Below, piece after piece: positions 28,736 through 38,341 of a DNA stretch of 64,000 bases. A program made the position numbers and the translations under genes. Each line of letters opens with the position of its first letter. The first letter of the stretch is position 1. The stretch is from positions 96,001 to 160,000 of IMG/VR virus record IMGVR_UViG_3300029288_000066. One strand, 5' to 3'. Source of the DNA: a virus. Its lineage: Duplodnaviria; Caudoviricetes. The notes under the pieces are model-generated. The model saw nothing but the letters and a program-made list of their open reading frames with translations. It searched no databases and was not told the origin of the DNA.

Positions 28736-30166
28736 TTAACGATTTCTTTTCATTTTTAATTCTCTTTGAGCCTCTCTTTCCTGAGTTTTCTTCTTTTCCA
28801 ATCTTCTTTCTTTAAAGGTAGGTCCAGAGTTTTTGTCCTTTATGTTTAATAAAGGCTTTAGTCTATCAATAATGGTAGCAGTCGGCTCAATAGCCGCTTC
28901 AATCATCTTTGAGCTTTTATACGAATTCGGAGCCTCATCTATAGTGCCACGCACAACCGAAGTAGAATATATTCCTTCCATTTGTTTTCTAAAAGTATCC
29001 ATGTCAAGAGTCTCTTTTGCTTTTGTTCTTGACATGCATCTTCCAGCCCCATGAGGTGAAGAAAAATTCCACTCAACATTTGATTTGCCTTCGCAAACCA
29101 ATATTCCATCTCTCATATTGAATGGGATAATCATTCTCTCTCCAACATAAGAACGGATAGCACCTTTACGAATAATAAAATCCCTAAAGTCAATAAAATT
29201 ATGGATACTTTCTATTTTATCAACTGGGATAATTCCTCCTAATATATTACAAACAATATTAAGCATCATTTCTCTGTTGAACTGTGCGTATTTTTGGGCG
29301 ACAAGCATATCAATAAGATATTCAAAAGCAGCGTTTCCTTCCAAAAATTCCATTCCTTTAACATCAAAATCGAAATCAAGGCCTAATTCTTTTTTTGCCT
29401 CAGAAATTAAAGAAGAAATCTTTGATTTATCTTCAGTGTTTTTTGTGATTTCTTCAATTTTGGCTCTTAAAATGTCGTTTCTGTTGTGGTCAAGTCCCTT
29501 CTTTGCCTTGTCCTGGTGATATTCACAAATCATTTTTCCAAAATTTCTTGACCCAGAGTGAATAGTTACCCAAACATCCCCACAACTATCTGATTTTGAG
29601 ACTTCTATAAAGTGATTGCCCCCACCGAGAGTTCCAATTGACAACTCAGCACGATTTGGCTTCATTCCAATCTTCTTACATAAAGCTCCAAAATCTTTAT
29701 AATCGTATTTACTGTAAGAATAGTTAGTTCCAAATTTTACATTATAAGCCCTAATAAAGGCCAGCATTTCATTATTAAGCACTTCCCAATGAAAGTATTT
29801 ATCAAATGAAAATTTATCATTAAAATTGAATTTAAATTCTTTTTCGTGAGTATTAATTCCCATAGGAACGTCTCTTCTTAATCTATCATCGAATTCTTTT
29901 AAAGTAATGGTTAATTTGCTACCAATGTTTGCTGATAGCATACCGCAGCCTATATCCACAGAGACGACATTAGGAATTATTTTAATTCCCATAGGCATTG
30001 TAAATCCAACACAACTTCCCTTCCCTGCGTGTCCGTCTGGCATTACAACAACTCTATTATCGAATGCAACATGACTAATCATCCTATAAACTTGATTAAT
30101 CATTTCCTGTTCAAACTCATCAATTGTTAAATATGCCGTTGTAAATTTCCCCTTAAGCTCTATCAT
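28736..30166 (-). CDS. rtcB: RtcB RNA ligase
   Basis: MPDGHAG, VDIGCG, GTLGGGNHFIE, HSGSR, HN, HGAGR. Confidence 0.95.
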   Translation of the reverse strand: MIELKGKFTTAYLTIDEFEQEMINQVYRMISHVAFDNRVVVMPDGHAGKGSCVGFTMPMGIKIIPNVVSVDIGCGMLSANIGSKLTITLKEFDDRLRRDVPMGINTHEKEFKFNFNDKFSFDKYFHWEVLNNEMLAFIRAYNVKFGTNYSYSKYDYKDFGALCKKIGMKPNRAELSIGTLGGGNHFIEVSKSDSCGDVWVTIHSGSRNFGKMICEYHQDKAKKGLDHNRNDILRAKIEEITKNTEDKSKISSLISEAKKELGLDFDFDVKGMEFLEGNAAFEYLIDMLVAQKYAQFNREMMLNIVCNILGGIIPVDKIESIHNFIDFRDFIIRKGAIRSYVGERMIIPFNMRDGILVCEGKSNVEWNFSSPHGAGRCMSRTKAKETLDMDTFRKQMEGIYSTSVVRGTIDEAPNSYKSSKMIEAAIEPTATIIDRLKPLLNIKDKNSGPTFKERRLEKKKTQEREAQRELKMKRNR

Positions 30167-30261
30167 AATACAATATTTTTAACGTATACGAATTTTTTTA
30201 TTAAAAGTTGCCAATTTAATAATTTTTTATTATATTTATAATAAAGTAAAATTAAAGTAAT

Positions 30262-30414
30262 ATGAAAGTAAAAAAAAATTTTAAGTTGTGTAATTTTCAG
30301 TTGCCAGTTGAGATATGTGATTATCTACAAAATGTTTCATCCAAAGAATATATGTCTATGACCCAATATGTAATTCAATTAATAAGAAAAGACAAAAACA
30401 AAAAAACTAAATAA
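30262..30414 (+). CDS. Small RHH-like protein
   Basis: Manual translation MKVKKNFKLCNFQLPVEICDYLQNVSSKEYMSMTQYVIQLIRKDKNKKTK. Confidence 0.6.
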   Translation: MKVKKNFKLCNFQLPVEICDYLQNVSSKEYMSMTQYVIQLIRKDKNKKTK

Positions 30415-30422
30415 TTTAAAAA

Positions 30423-31505
30423 ATGTTATTAACTACACACTGTATGGTGACTATATATTCAAGTAGAATAAAAAACTACTATAATTCTATAGGATATGAA
30501 TGCAAAATTCATGATAAAATTAAAGTTAAAATAGAGCACATATTTAAAACTGTTAGAGGGAAGGTTGATGTCAAGTGCGACTACTGCGATAAAATACAAA
30601 AAATAAAATATTCGAAATTTTTACGTAGTACGAAGCATAATACATGCAAATATGCTTGCTGTAACTCTTGCGGCGGCCTAAAATCAAAAGAATTTTTAAA
30701 TCAGAATTTTAATGTTATTAATGTAAGTCAACTTGAGTCTGTTAAGAATAAGAAAATAATAAAAAGTCAGCAGGCATATGGAGTTAACAACGTAAGCCAA
30801 TCAAAAATAATACAAAATAAAGTTAAAAGAACAAAGAAAAAAAGATATGACGATGAAAATTATGTTAACATCAAAAAGATAAAAGAAACTAAATTAAAAA
30901 GATATGGAGACCAAAATTATGGAGCATTTGGCAGTATTTACTATAATAAAAAAATAAAAGAAAAATATGGAGACATAAATCCGAGCAACACACCAGAGGC
31001 AAGACAAAAGTCAAAAAACACATCAATTAAAAATTATGGAGTTGAGTATCCTTCTCAAAGTAAAATCATAAAAGACAAAACTGCAAAAACAAACATAGAA
31101 AGATATGGAGTTGTAGCTCCATTACAAAACTCAGAAATATTTAGCAAAAATCAAAAAAACGCTTTTAAATTAAAATTACACAAAGAGACTGGCCTTTATT
31201 ATAGAGGAACATATGAAAAACATTTTTTGGATTATTGTTTTATCCAAAACATTGATGTTGCCCCTGGGTTACCTATGTCATATTTTTATAAAGACAAAAT
31301 GAAAGTTTATCATTCTGATTTTTATTTAAAGCAATATAATTTAATAATAGAGATTAAAAGCAAATATTATTACGAAAAATATTTAGAAAGAAATTTGGCC
31401 AAACAAAAAGCTTGTATAAAACAAGGCTATGATTTTATTTTTATAATAGATAAAAACTATGAGTGTTTTGAAAATATTTTAAATAAAGTTTCTAATTTAC
31501 CTTAA
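30423..31505 (+). CDS. Putative homing endonuclease, PD-(D/E)xK with (K/R)YGV repeats
   Basis: Repeated KYG/YGV..SQ units; YRGTYE, YHSDFY...IIEIKS. Confidence 0.75.
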   Translation: MLLTTHCMVTIYSSRIKNYYNSIGYECKIHDKIKVKIEHIFKTVRGKVDVKCDYCDKIQKIKYSKFLRSTKHNTCKYACCNSCGGLKSKEFLNQNFNVINVSQLESVKNKKIIKSQQAYGVNNVSQSKIIQNKVKRTKKKRYDDENYVNIKKIKETKLKRYGDQNYGAFGSIYYNKKIKEKYGDINPSNTPEARQKSKNTSIKNYGVEYPSQSKIIKDKTAKTNIERYGVVAPLQNSEIFSKNQKNAFKLKLHKETGLYYRGTYEKHFLDYCFIQNIDVAPGLPMSYFYKDKMKVYHSDFYLKQYNLIIEIKSKYYYEKYLERNLAKQKACIKQGYDFIFIIDKNYECFENILNKVSNLP

Positions 31506-31728
31506 TAAATCTGTGTAAGCTAAAACAGTTCTTTAAAATTGGAGAATCGCAAAATCTGCACCAGCTTATGTTGTCATCGAATCCATATAATTCTAGCAAG
31601 TCATCTCCACAGGCTGGGCACTTTAATACAGACCTTACTTTATATGTTTCTTTTATTTTTAAATATTTTGATTTTTCACCAATATATTTAACAATATCAC
31701 CGCTTTTAACAATCTCTTTTTCTGTCAT
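31492..31728 (-). CDS. Hypothetical zinc-ribbon protein
   Basis: CPAC, CRFC. Confidence 0.6.
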   Translation of the reverse strand: MTEKEIVKSGDIVKYIGEKSKYLKIKETYKVRSVLKCPACGDDLLELYGFDDNISWCRFCDSPILKNCFSLHRFIKVN

Positions 31729-32324
31729 CGCTTACACTTTAAATGATACATCCCAGCATAGTATCTATAGCGTGGTGAGCCCACTTTTCTAAAAGGTCTT
31801 CTGTTGTTAAAGAACTTTATTTTATCTATCCCACAGTTTTTAAAAAGTTCATTTACCAAAAGACACTCTTCGATTGGAACCCTAAAATTAGTTCCTGCTT
31901 TATAATAAGAATTTTTATTTGAAATGTCTTTAAACCCCTCTATATCGTGATTTAAATTTAACTCAACTATCTCGAACCCCATACGAATATGTGCTGCAAG
32001 GCTCACTAAATTCATTGGGGATATTTCAAGCGTAAAGTCTCCATATGTTAACATTCTTTCTGTCAAAGTTCTTGCAATGCCCAATCTTCTATATTGCTTG
32101 TCAACATATGTATAACTCAAATAGGGATAAGCGAGAATTCCTTTGTCAAACGTTTTTACAGAAAATGCTATTGGCACCCTATCCAAAAAAGCGGTCACAC
32201 AAGCAAATCTTTTTTCTTTAAACCCATCTTTATATTCATCTTGAAAAACGCCAATATTTCCCCAAATCTTTTTTGCTCTTTCGAATTTAGTTTCTCTAAA
32301 ATAGATTTTCTTTTCTTCTGCCAT
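31725..32324 (-). CDS. GNAT acetyltransferase
   Basis: YVDKQYRRLGIA motif A; N..S...H.RMGF. Confidence 0.75.
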   Translation of the reverse strand: MAEEKKIYFRETKFERAKKIWGNIGVFQDEYKDGFKEKRFACVTAFLDRVPIAFSVKTFDKGILAYPYLSYTYVDKQYRRLGIARTLTERMLTYGDFTLEISPMNLVSLAAHIRMGFEIVELNLNHDIEGFKDISNKNSYYKAGTNFRVPIEECLLVNELFKNCGIDKIKFFNNRRPFRKVGSPRYRYYAGMYHLKCKR

Positions 32325-32337
32325 AAAGCAATGGATG

Positions 32338-33168
32338 TTAATAATTATATTTAGGTTTAAAAGAATACCAATTTGTATTTTCCAACACTGGTGCGTAATC
32401 TGGCGCCTCTGCGTACCCAACCCGTTTCAACCAGTTAGAATATCTTTCCCATTTTCTCATAGGAACTCTTTTTAGCACCAGGTCTTGCCACAGCTTATAA
32501 TCATATAAAGAATACACCCAATGTTTATATTTTGCAAACCCAAACATTGTATCAGTGGACGTGGTTTCACGCTGTCCTGGGAACATCATCCCAAACAAAT
32601 TTCCCCCCTTGACACACAAATCAGAAGTAAACCCAGTTTCCGTAATGATTTGCTTTCTTACATCATACCAATGTTTAATATCCATTTCAGAAGCAAAATA
32701 ATCTAAATTATCCTTTGTCAAAAATGACCTTTCTGCAGGAATAAAGATTGTGTCTGTATTAATTATTAATCCTTTAGAATTCTTTTTAACAGTTTCAACA
32801 TATACCACTTTTGGTTTTTGAATATACAGATTGTAAATCTTATACAGTCCGATTCCCATGCATAGAATAATGCATAAAAAAACAAGCTTTATACAAAACC
32901 TTCTTAACTTATACCTGAAGAAGTTTATCGTTTTTTCTCTAACTATCAAACTAATCAGAGGCCATACGGACTCCATATAAAACCCCAACCGTTCTATGGA
33001 CTCATCAAGCCATGCATCGGTTGGCACCTTATCGTCATGCATTGTTTTTTTAAGCAACCCCCCAAGAACCTTTTCTACCTTTATCCATCCAAACATTTTA
33101 AAAAATGCGCCAAATAATGCTACAATAAATCTCGGATGTTTTTTTCGGAAATGTCTTAAGTTATTCAT
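32338..33168 (-). CDS. Membrane-anchored glucosaminidase/muramidase (GH73-like)
   Basis: TM segment; ITETG, NLFGM, GYAEAPDY. Confidence 0.7.
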   Translation of the reverse strand: MNNLRHFRKKHPRFIVALFGAFFKMFGWIKVEKVLGGLLKKTMHDDKVPTDAWLDESIERLGFYMESVWPLISLIVREKTINFFRYKLRRFCIKLVFLCIILCMGIGLYKIYNLYIQKPKVVYVETVKKNSKGLIINTDTIFIPAERSFLTKDNLDYFASEMDIKHWYDVRKQIITETGFTSDLCVKGGNLFGMMFPGQRETTSTDTMFGFAKYKHWVYSLYDYKLWQDLVLKRVPMRKWERYSNWLKRVGYAEAPDYAPVLENTNWYSFKPKYNY

Positions 33169-33171
33169 AAA

Positions 33172-33489
33172 TTAACCTTTTTTGTTTAACTTTTTTATAT
33201 TTTCTTTAATGCCTTCTAAAATATCATTATCTTCATAATAAAAGAAATCTTTTATTCCATAAGATGGTCCTTCTTTTTTTGAAACTGGGGTGCCCATTTT
33301 TGTACAATTGTATAAAACTTGTCCGAATCTTTGTTTCGGACAAAGCATCCATAACCTCTTTAATTGAACAAGGAATTCATTTATTTCTTTCTCTCTTTTT
33401 GGTAAAGAGAATTTTAGGGTGTTTTTCCCATAGTGCTCAGCCATTTTATCAAGGAAGTTTTCAAAAACATCATCTCTTTCTTTTCCCAT
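33172..33489 (-). CDS. Hypothetical protein (QRFGQ family)
   Basis: ORF track. Confidence 0.65.
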   Translation of the reverse strand: MGKERDDVFENFLDKMAEHYGKNTLKFSLPKREKEINEFLVQLKRLWMLCPKQRFGQVLYNCTKMGTPVSKKEGPSYGIKDFFYYEDNDILEGIKENIKKLNKKG

Positions 33490-33655
33490 AAATTATTGAT
33501 TTACAATGCACATATATGTGTAGTGCATTTCTTTTAATCATTTATACGATTTAATGCAAAAAAAGTTATATTATCGGACATGGGGAAAACACTTATTTTT
33601 AATTTTTGTTATAATTTGCCAAAAAAAATGATATTTATAATAAAAGCATATTTGT

Positions 33656-34348
33656 ATGGGAAATGAAGTTTTAGTAGCGGTGATAGGAGCAACAGCAGTA
33701 ATCTCTACTGCAATAGTTACTGGTGTGTTTAAAGTTATGGAATCCAGAAAAAAGAAAGCGGAGGAAGCAAATAAAAGAGAGCCTATAACACAGATGAAGT
33801 TGTTTGAAAAGGATTTGTTCAGTAAATCCGAATACTGGGTGAACTATACAATAAAGAGATTGGGATTTGAACAGGGTGACAGAAATTGGATTTACGAAAC
33901 AATCATGAGGGTGAAAATAGAAACAATTGCAAAAATGTTTAAAGAATTTCTTCAAAACAACGACTTAATGGCCTTATCAGACACAAGATTTGAAAACTTG
34001 ATATTTGCATTGATATCTGATATAATAGATGAGTATAATGAAGGAATAAGAGTAGAATTTAAAGAGTTCTTTGGAAAAAATAAAGGAGAAAAAATATTCA
34101 ATCTTGTAATGGATAAGCAACCCTCAAAAGAAAGCCCATCGGCAGGATTCAACATTTGGAACGCTCTTACAATAACATATTTGGAAAAGTCAATAAAAGA
34201 CCATTGCGACTCTTTCTATCCTAATAATGTAGAAAAAATGAGCATGATATTAGATGAATTCAAATGTGCCATTGGAGCCGCACATACACACTTATACAAA
34301 ACATTCGGAAACTTCAATGGTGAATTGGATTTCCTATTGCTTACCTAA
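33656..34348 (+). CDS. N-terminally membrane-anchored late protein
   Basis: Single N-terminal TM; TATTTATA upstream. Confidence 0.65.
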   Translation: MGNEVLVAVIGATAVISTAIVTGVFKVMESRKKKAEEANKREPITQMKLFEKDLFSKSEYWVNYTIKRLGFEQGDRNWIYETIMRVKIETIAKMFKEFLQNNDLMALSDTRFENLIFALISDIIDEYNEGIRVEFKEFFGKNKGEKIFNLVMDKQPSKESPSAGFNIWNALTITYLEKSIKDHCDSFYPNNVEKMSMILDEFKCAIGAAHTHLYKTFGNFNGELDFLLLT

Positions 34349-34398
34349 AATATTTTTGCTTTTATTAAAAAAATATTGTATATTTTAATAAAAAACAA

Positions 34399-34554
34399 AT
34401 GAAAAGAAATAAGCCATCGCTGACAATAACAATTTCTCCAAAAATTGCAGAAAAGTTAGAAAAAAACAAATACAACAAATCTAAGCTAATTGATTCATTA
34501 TTAAAGGAATACTTTCAAAACAATGATGAAGTAGAAAATAAATATAAAAAATAA
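34399..34554 (+). CDS. Small RHH-like protein (RHH-1 paralog)
   Basis: MKRNKPSLTITISPKIAEKLEKNKYNKSKLIDSLLKEYF... Confidence 0.7.
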   Translation: MKRNKPSLTITISPKIAEKLEKNKYNKSKLIDSLLKEYFQNNDEVENKYKK

Positions 34555-34619
34555 TCTGCATACAAGCATGATTTTTATTTTTTCTGCATATTTATAAGAA
34601 ATACTAAACTCTTATAATT

Positions 34620-34784
34620 ATGGCACGCAAAAAAATTGACACAAGAGACAAAAAACAACGAATATCAATCGTTGTTTCTCCAGAAAACTTTAATAAAATA
34701 AAACACCTGAGCATTAACGGCTCTAAATTTATAAGCTGGTTATTGGAGGTGCACTTTAATAATTTAGAAAGTGGAGGAAAATAA
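34620..34784 (+). CDS. Small RHH-like protein (RHH-2 paralog)
   Basis: MARKKIDTRDKKQRISIVVSPENFNKIKHLSINGSKFISWLLEVHF... Confidence 0.7.
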   Translation: MARKKIDTRDKKQRISIVVSPENFNKIKHLSINGSKFISWLLEVHFNNLESGGK

Positions 34785-34786
34785 TT

Positions 34787-35485
34787 ATGAAAACATCAGA
34801 AAAGAAAAGGATTTATAACAAAAATCGTTATGAAAAAAACAAAGAAATAATTTTAAAGAAGCAAAAAGAAAGATATGAAAAAGAAAAGATTAGAATTCTA
34901 GATTCTCAAAAAAAATATTATAACAAAAATAAAGAAAAGATTAAAAATTACCAAAAGACTTATAACGCTATAAATAAAGAAAAAGTAAAACAGAGAAAAA
35001 GAAAATGGACAGAAAAAAACAAAGATAGGCTATCTGAAAATTCGAAGTTATATCGAGAAAACAACAAAGAAAAAATAAAAAAATATAAAAAAGACCATAA
35101 TCTAAAAAGAAACGAATTGAGAAAATTAAGAAAAAAAAACGATTATATCTTTAAACTAAGCGAAAACACAAGGTGCTTGGTAAATTATGCATTTAGAAGT
35201 AAAATGAAATATAAATGTAAAACAACATCTCAAATTTTAGGATGCACTTTTAAATTTTTCAAAGAATATATAGAATCAAAATTTGAATCTTGGATGAGTT
35301 GGGATAATCACGGTTTCTATAATGGGAAGTTTAATTGTGGATGGGATTTAGACCATATAATACCAATTTCTACGGCAAAAAACGAAGATGATGTTATTAA
35401 ATTGAATCATTATACCAATTTCCAACCCTTAGACAGCCACATTAATAGAGATATTAAAAAAGACAAATTAATCTTCCATCTCTAA
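34787..35485 (+). CDS. HNH-type homing endonuclease
   Basis: K-rich repeats; MSWDNHG...WDLDHIIP...HYTNFQPL. Confidence 0.85.
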   Translation: MKTSEKKRIYNKNRYEKNKEIILKKQKERYEKEKIRILDSQKKYYNKNKEKIKNYQKTYNAINKEKVKQRKRKWTEKNKDRLSENSKLYRENNKEKIKKYKKDHNLKRNELRKLRKKNDYIFKLSENTRCLVNYAFRSKMKYKCKTTSQILGCTFKFFKEYIESKFESWMSWDNHGFYNGKFNCGWDLDHIIPISTAKNEDDVIKLNHYTNFQPLDSHINRDIKKDKLIFHL

Positions 35486-35761
35486 TTCCAAAAACATTTT
35501 GTCAATTTTCTTTTGTTCAGCTCTGTGATACTTATCACAGGCACACATTGGACAGCTGCAAACGGTTGATATTGTTTTTAAAAGATTCGATACCTTCCAA
35601 TGTTCTTTTACGTCTTTCCAATTTGGTTTGCGAATTCTTACTTCTAAACCATCATCATCCTTATAACGCAACCCATCTATACTATTTGCCCATATTTTAA
35701 GACGTGCAATGTGTTTGACATTCTTCTGATGTCTTCTAAGCGCCCTTTTAAAGTTTTTCAT
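35468..35761 (-). CDS. Small basic protein with CSCPMC motif
   Basis: AGGAGG before MKNFKR; upstream hairpin. Confidence 0.65.
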   Translation of the reverse strand: MKNFKRALRRHQKNVKHIARLKIWANSIDGLRYKDDDGLEVRIRKPNWKDVKEHWKVSNLLKTISTVCSCPMCACDKYHRAEQKKIDKMFLELEMED

Positions 35762-35848
35762 ATTACCTCCTTTTGTTATCGCCAACCCCGCTAGAGCCGA
35801 GGGATTGACTTAAAGTTTGAAGGTAATTCTATCGCTTTTTTTCATGTT

Positions 35849-36034
35849 TTACAATTTCGTAATTTCCAACCTGGATATTCCATTGGTGGGAATAAAAATT
35901 TCTTTTACGTTGGGGTCACCTTTGAATTGTGCATACTCTTCAGCGTATTTATCAATAGCTTCTTTAACACGTTCTCTTGGGTAATTTACCATGTTTACGT
36001 AATGAACAACAATAAGTTTCTTTTTTTTGAACAT
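35849..36034 (-). CDS. Hypothetical protein (paralog of 36914)
   Basis: LIVVHYVNMVNYP vs LILVYYMDVGNLP. Confidence 0.6.
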   Translation of the reverse strand: MFKKKKLIVVHYVNMVNYPRERVKEAIDKYAEEYAQFKGDPNVKEIFIPTNGISRLEITKL

Positions 36035-36035
36035 A

Positions 36036-36911
36036 TTATTTATAATTTAAAACCTTTATTAATACATAGTTTGATTTTTTCTCTTTTTCTTTAACTCCCC
36101 TTTCAAACTCTTCTTCTGTTAGAGCACAATATCCATTTCTTCCGTCATAATATACCACAATTCCGTCTCCTGGAAGATTGTCATCTATAACAACATCATA
36201 TTTTGTTCCTAACGAAAATGTTAAATCATCAAAAAACATTAAATCTTTAACGATGGGAAAAAGAATTGAATTTAATCTTATTTTATTAGCGCTGATAATG
36301 AGATTTTCTTTCACAATGCTTGCAGAAGCTTGATTAATCATTGTCATCAATGTATGGTTCCAATCTCTCTGAGAATAATAATTACTTGCCTCATTATTCA
36401 CCTTAGACTCGTAGTTATAATCCCACTCAAGCTTTTTAAAACACTCCACTTCTTTGCTAAAACTATCAAATTCATCAGAGAAATAAACTATTTTAACATC
36501 ACATTCTTTAAACATTTCGAAAGCAATTCTCCATGATTCTCCCCAACGCTTGTGTGAAAACTCTGGTTCATAAGTCACAAGTGTTTTAATTCCAGAATTT
36601 ATAATCGCTCTGGCACAGTCTATACAAGGAAACATTGTTACATACATTATTCCACCTTTTAAACAAACTCCTGTTCTTACTGCATTGTATATGGCATTTC
36701 TTTCAGCATGCTCTGTGTAAAGATATTTTTGCGGTCTCTCGTATCTACTATCAATTTTGTCATTGGCGCCTCTCGGAAAACCATTATATCCAAAACTTAA
36801 TACTGTATTATCATCATCAACTATTACAGAAGCGTTTTTAGTGCTTGTGTCTTTACTCCAGGTCGAAATGTGCCTGGCTAAATCCATAAATCTTTTGTTC
36901 CAGTTTGTCAT
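36036..36911 (-). CDS. dCMP deaminase with C-terminal extension
   Basis: SKD, GYNGFP, HAERNAI, PCIDC. Confidence 0.9.
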   Translation of the reverse strand: MTNWNKRFMDLARHISTWSKDTSTKNASVIVDDDNTVLSFGYNGFPRGANDKIDSRYERPQKYLYTEHAERNAIYNAVRTGVCLKGGIMYVTMFPCIDCARAIINSGIKTLVTYEPEFSHKRWGESWRIAFEMFKECDVKIVYFSDEFDSFSKEVECFKKLEWDYNYESKVNNEASNYYSQRDWNHTLMTMINQASASIVKENLIISANKIRLNSILFPIVKDLMFFDDLTFSLGTKYDVVIDDNLPGDGIVVYYDGRNGYCALTEEEFERGVKEKEKKSNYVLIKVLNYK

Positions 36912-36913
36912 AA

Positions 36914-37225
36914 TTAATTATTTTTATTTAAAAGTTCATCAAACTTATTTTTTAACTCTTCAAACCTAACTAAAACTTCTGCATAAAGTTTTCCATCAAC
37001 TTTAATAGGATTGATACATTCCACTTTCGTTTCTTGATTTCTTACTGGAATAAGATATTTAATAATTCCATCCTCATTCTTTTTGAATAAACCTTTCGCT
37101 ATTTTTTTCATATAAAGATTTACATCAGCATCTGGTAAATTTCCAACATCCATATAATAAACTAAAATTAATGGTTGTACATTTTTAAAAGCTTTTTTCT
37201 GCTTTCTTGGAGTTCTGTTTTTCAT
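36914..37225 (-). CDS. Hypothetical protein
   Basis: Likely start MKNRTP; host-type promoter upstream. Confidence 0.65.
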   Translation of the reverse strand: MKNRTPRKQKKAFKNVQPLILVYYMDVGNLPDADVNLYMKKIAKGLFKKNEDGIIKYLIPVRNQETKVECINPIKVDGKLYAEVLVRFEELKNKFDELLNKNN

Positions 37226-37273
37226 AATATCTAATTTAAGTAAACAAATATAGTAAATAAATTCATAAAAACA

Positions 37274-37303
37274 AAAAACCCCCAACTTTAAATTGGGGGT
37301 TCT
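37274..37303 (-). terminator. Intrinsic terminator
   Basis: ACCCCCAAT-TTAA-AGTTGGGGGT + T-tract. Confidence 0.75.
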
Positions 37304-37333
37304 TTTATTTTGAGTCTCGATTCGTCGTGTCGC

Positions 37334-38182
37334 TTAGAGTGTTTCTCCACACATGGGGCATACCTTCCATACTGGCTCTACTTTTGTTTGGCACTTGGGA
37401 CATTTACATTTTCCATTAATTGGTGTTGCGCATATTGGGCATACTTTCCAATTGCTCTTTACCTTTGCACCACATTTATGACACTTTAATTTAAGCTCAT
37501 TAAATTCTGCTGGCTTTTGCGATATTGGTAATAATTTGTATATAACCGTATGCAGTGGAAATGTTTCAAACTTCATATCCACAAAGCTAAATTGCTGCCC
37601 AGAGACAGAGCCTTTTTCAACTCTTCCAGTTTCAACTTTTTTGCTTAACTTCCTCTTTGAAACAAATCCCCTTGAAAGTTCTTCTGGGGCATTGTCTATC
37701 GCCGAGTAATCCATCTCCACATCTCCACAAAACTGTTTATAATTTGATGTGTTTGTCGTAAGAGTACCACATCCGTCACGATAAGTTACGGTGCCAGTTG
37801 AACACTGTAAAGAATCAAGAGCAGGTCTTGTGTTTTGCTTTTCTTTAAAAAACTGTATAATGATTTCACCATTATCTTCAATAGCTTTTTTTACTGCTTC
37901 TGAATTTCCATCCACGGTGTAGGTTTCAAATAAGAATCTTTTATCTTCATTAATAAATCTGTCGAGATAACCTCTCATTCCTGGTCTAAGAATTAATCCA
38001 CGATTGGAAATTGGATTTCCATTGATGGAAATCATTGCCATAATGTTGTCTTTGAGTGGGTTGAAAAATTCGAACTCGAATTCTTGTTTGTTTTCTAAGT
38101 AAACAGTGTTAGAACCGTAAACTTTTTTTCTGTCTTTGCCTATAGTTATATAAACTTCAGGTCTTACGAAATTTTTTTTCAT
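37334..38182 (-). CDS. Conserved phage protein with C-terminal double zinc ribbon
   Basis: LILRPG...LDRF...FETY; 2x CxxC..WKVCPxC. Confidence 0.75.
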   Translation of the reverse strand: MKKNFVRPEVYITIGKDRKKVYGSNTVYLENKQEFEFEFFNPLKDNIMAMISINGNPISNRGLILRPGMRGYLDRFINEDKRFLFETYTVDGNSEAVKKAIEDNGEIIIQFFKEKQNTRPALDSLQCSTGTVTYRDGCGTLTTNTSNYKQFCGDVEMDYSAIDNAPEELSRGFVSKRKLSKKVETGRVEKGSVSGQQFSFVDMKFETFPLHTVIYKLLPISQKPAEFNELKLKCHKCGAKVKSNWKVCPICATPINGKCKCPKCQTKVEPVWKVCPMCGETL

Positions 38183-38341
38183 AGTTTTTAATCTCCTTTT
38201 TTAATTTTTTCATATTGTTAACTTATTGTTGCCATTTAAACAACTCAACGGTCAATTACTCAACCGAAGTCAACAAAACGAGACTCGAAAATAAATATAG
38301 AAAAAAAATATTTTTATATCAAGGGAAAAATGATTTATTTT

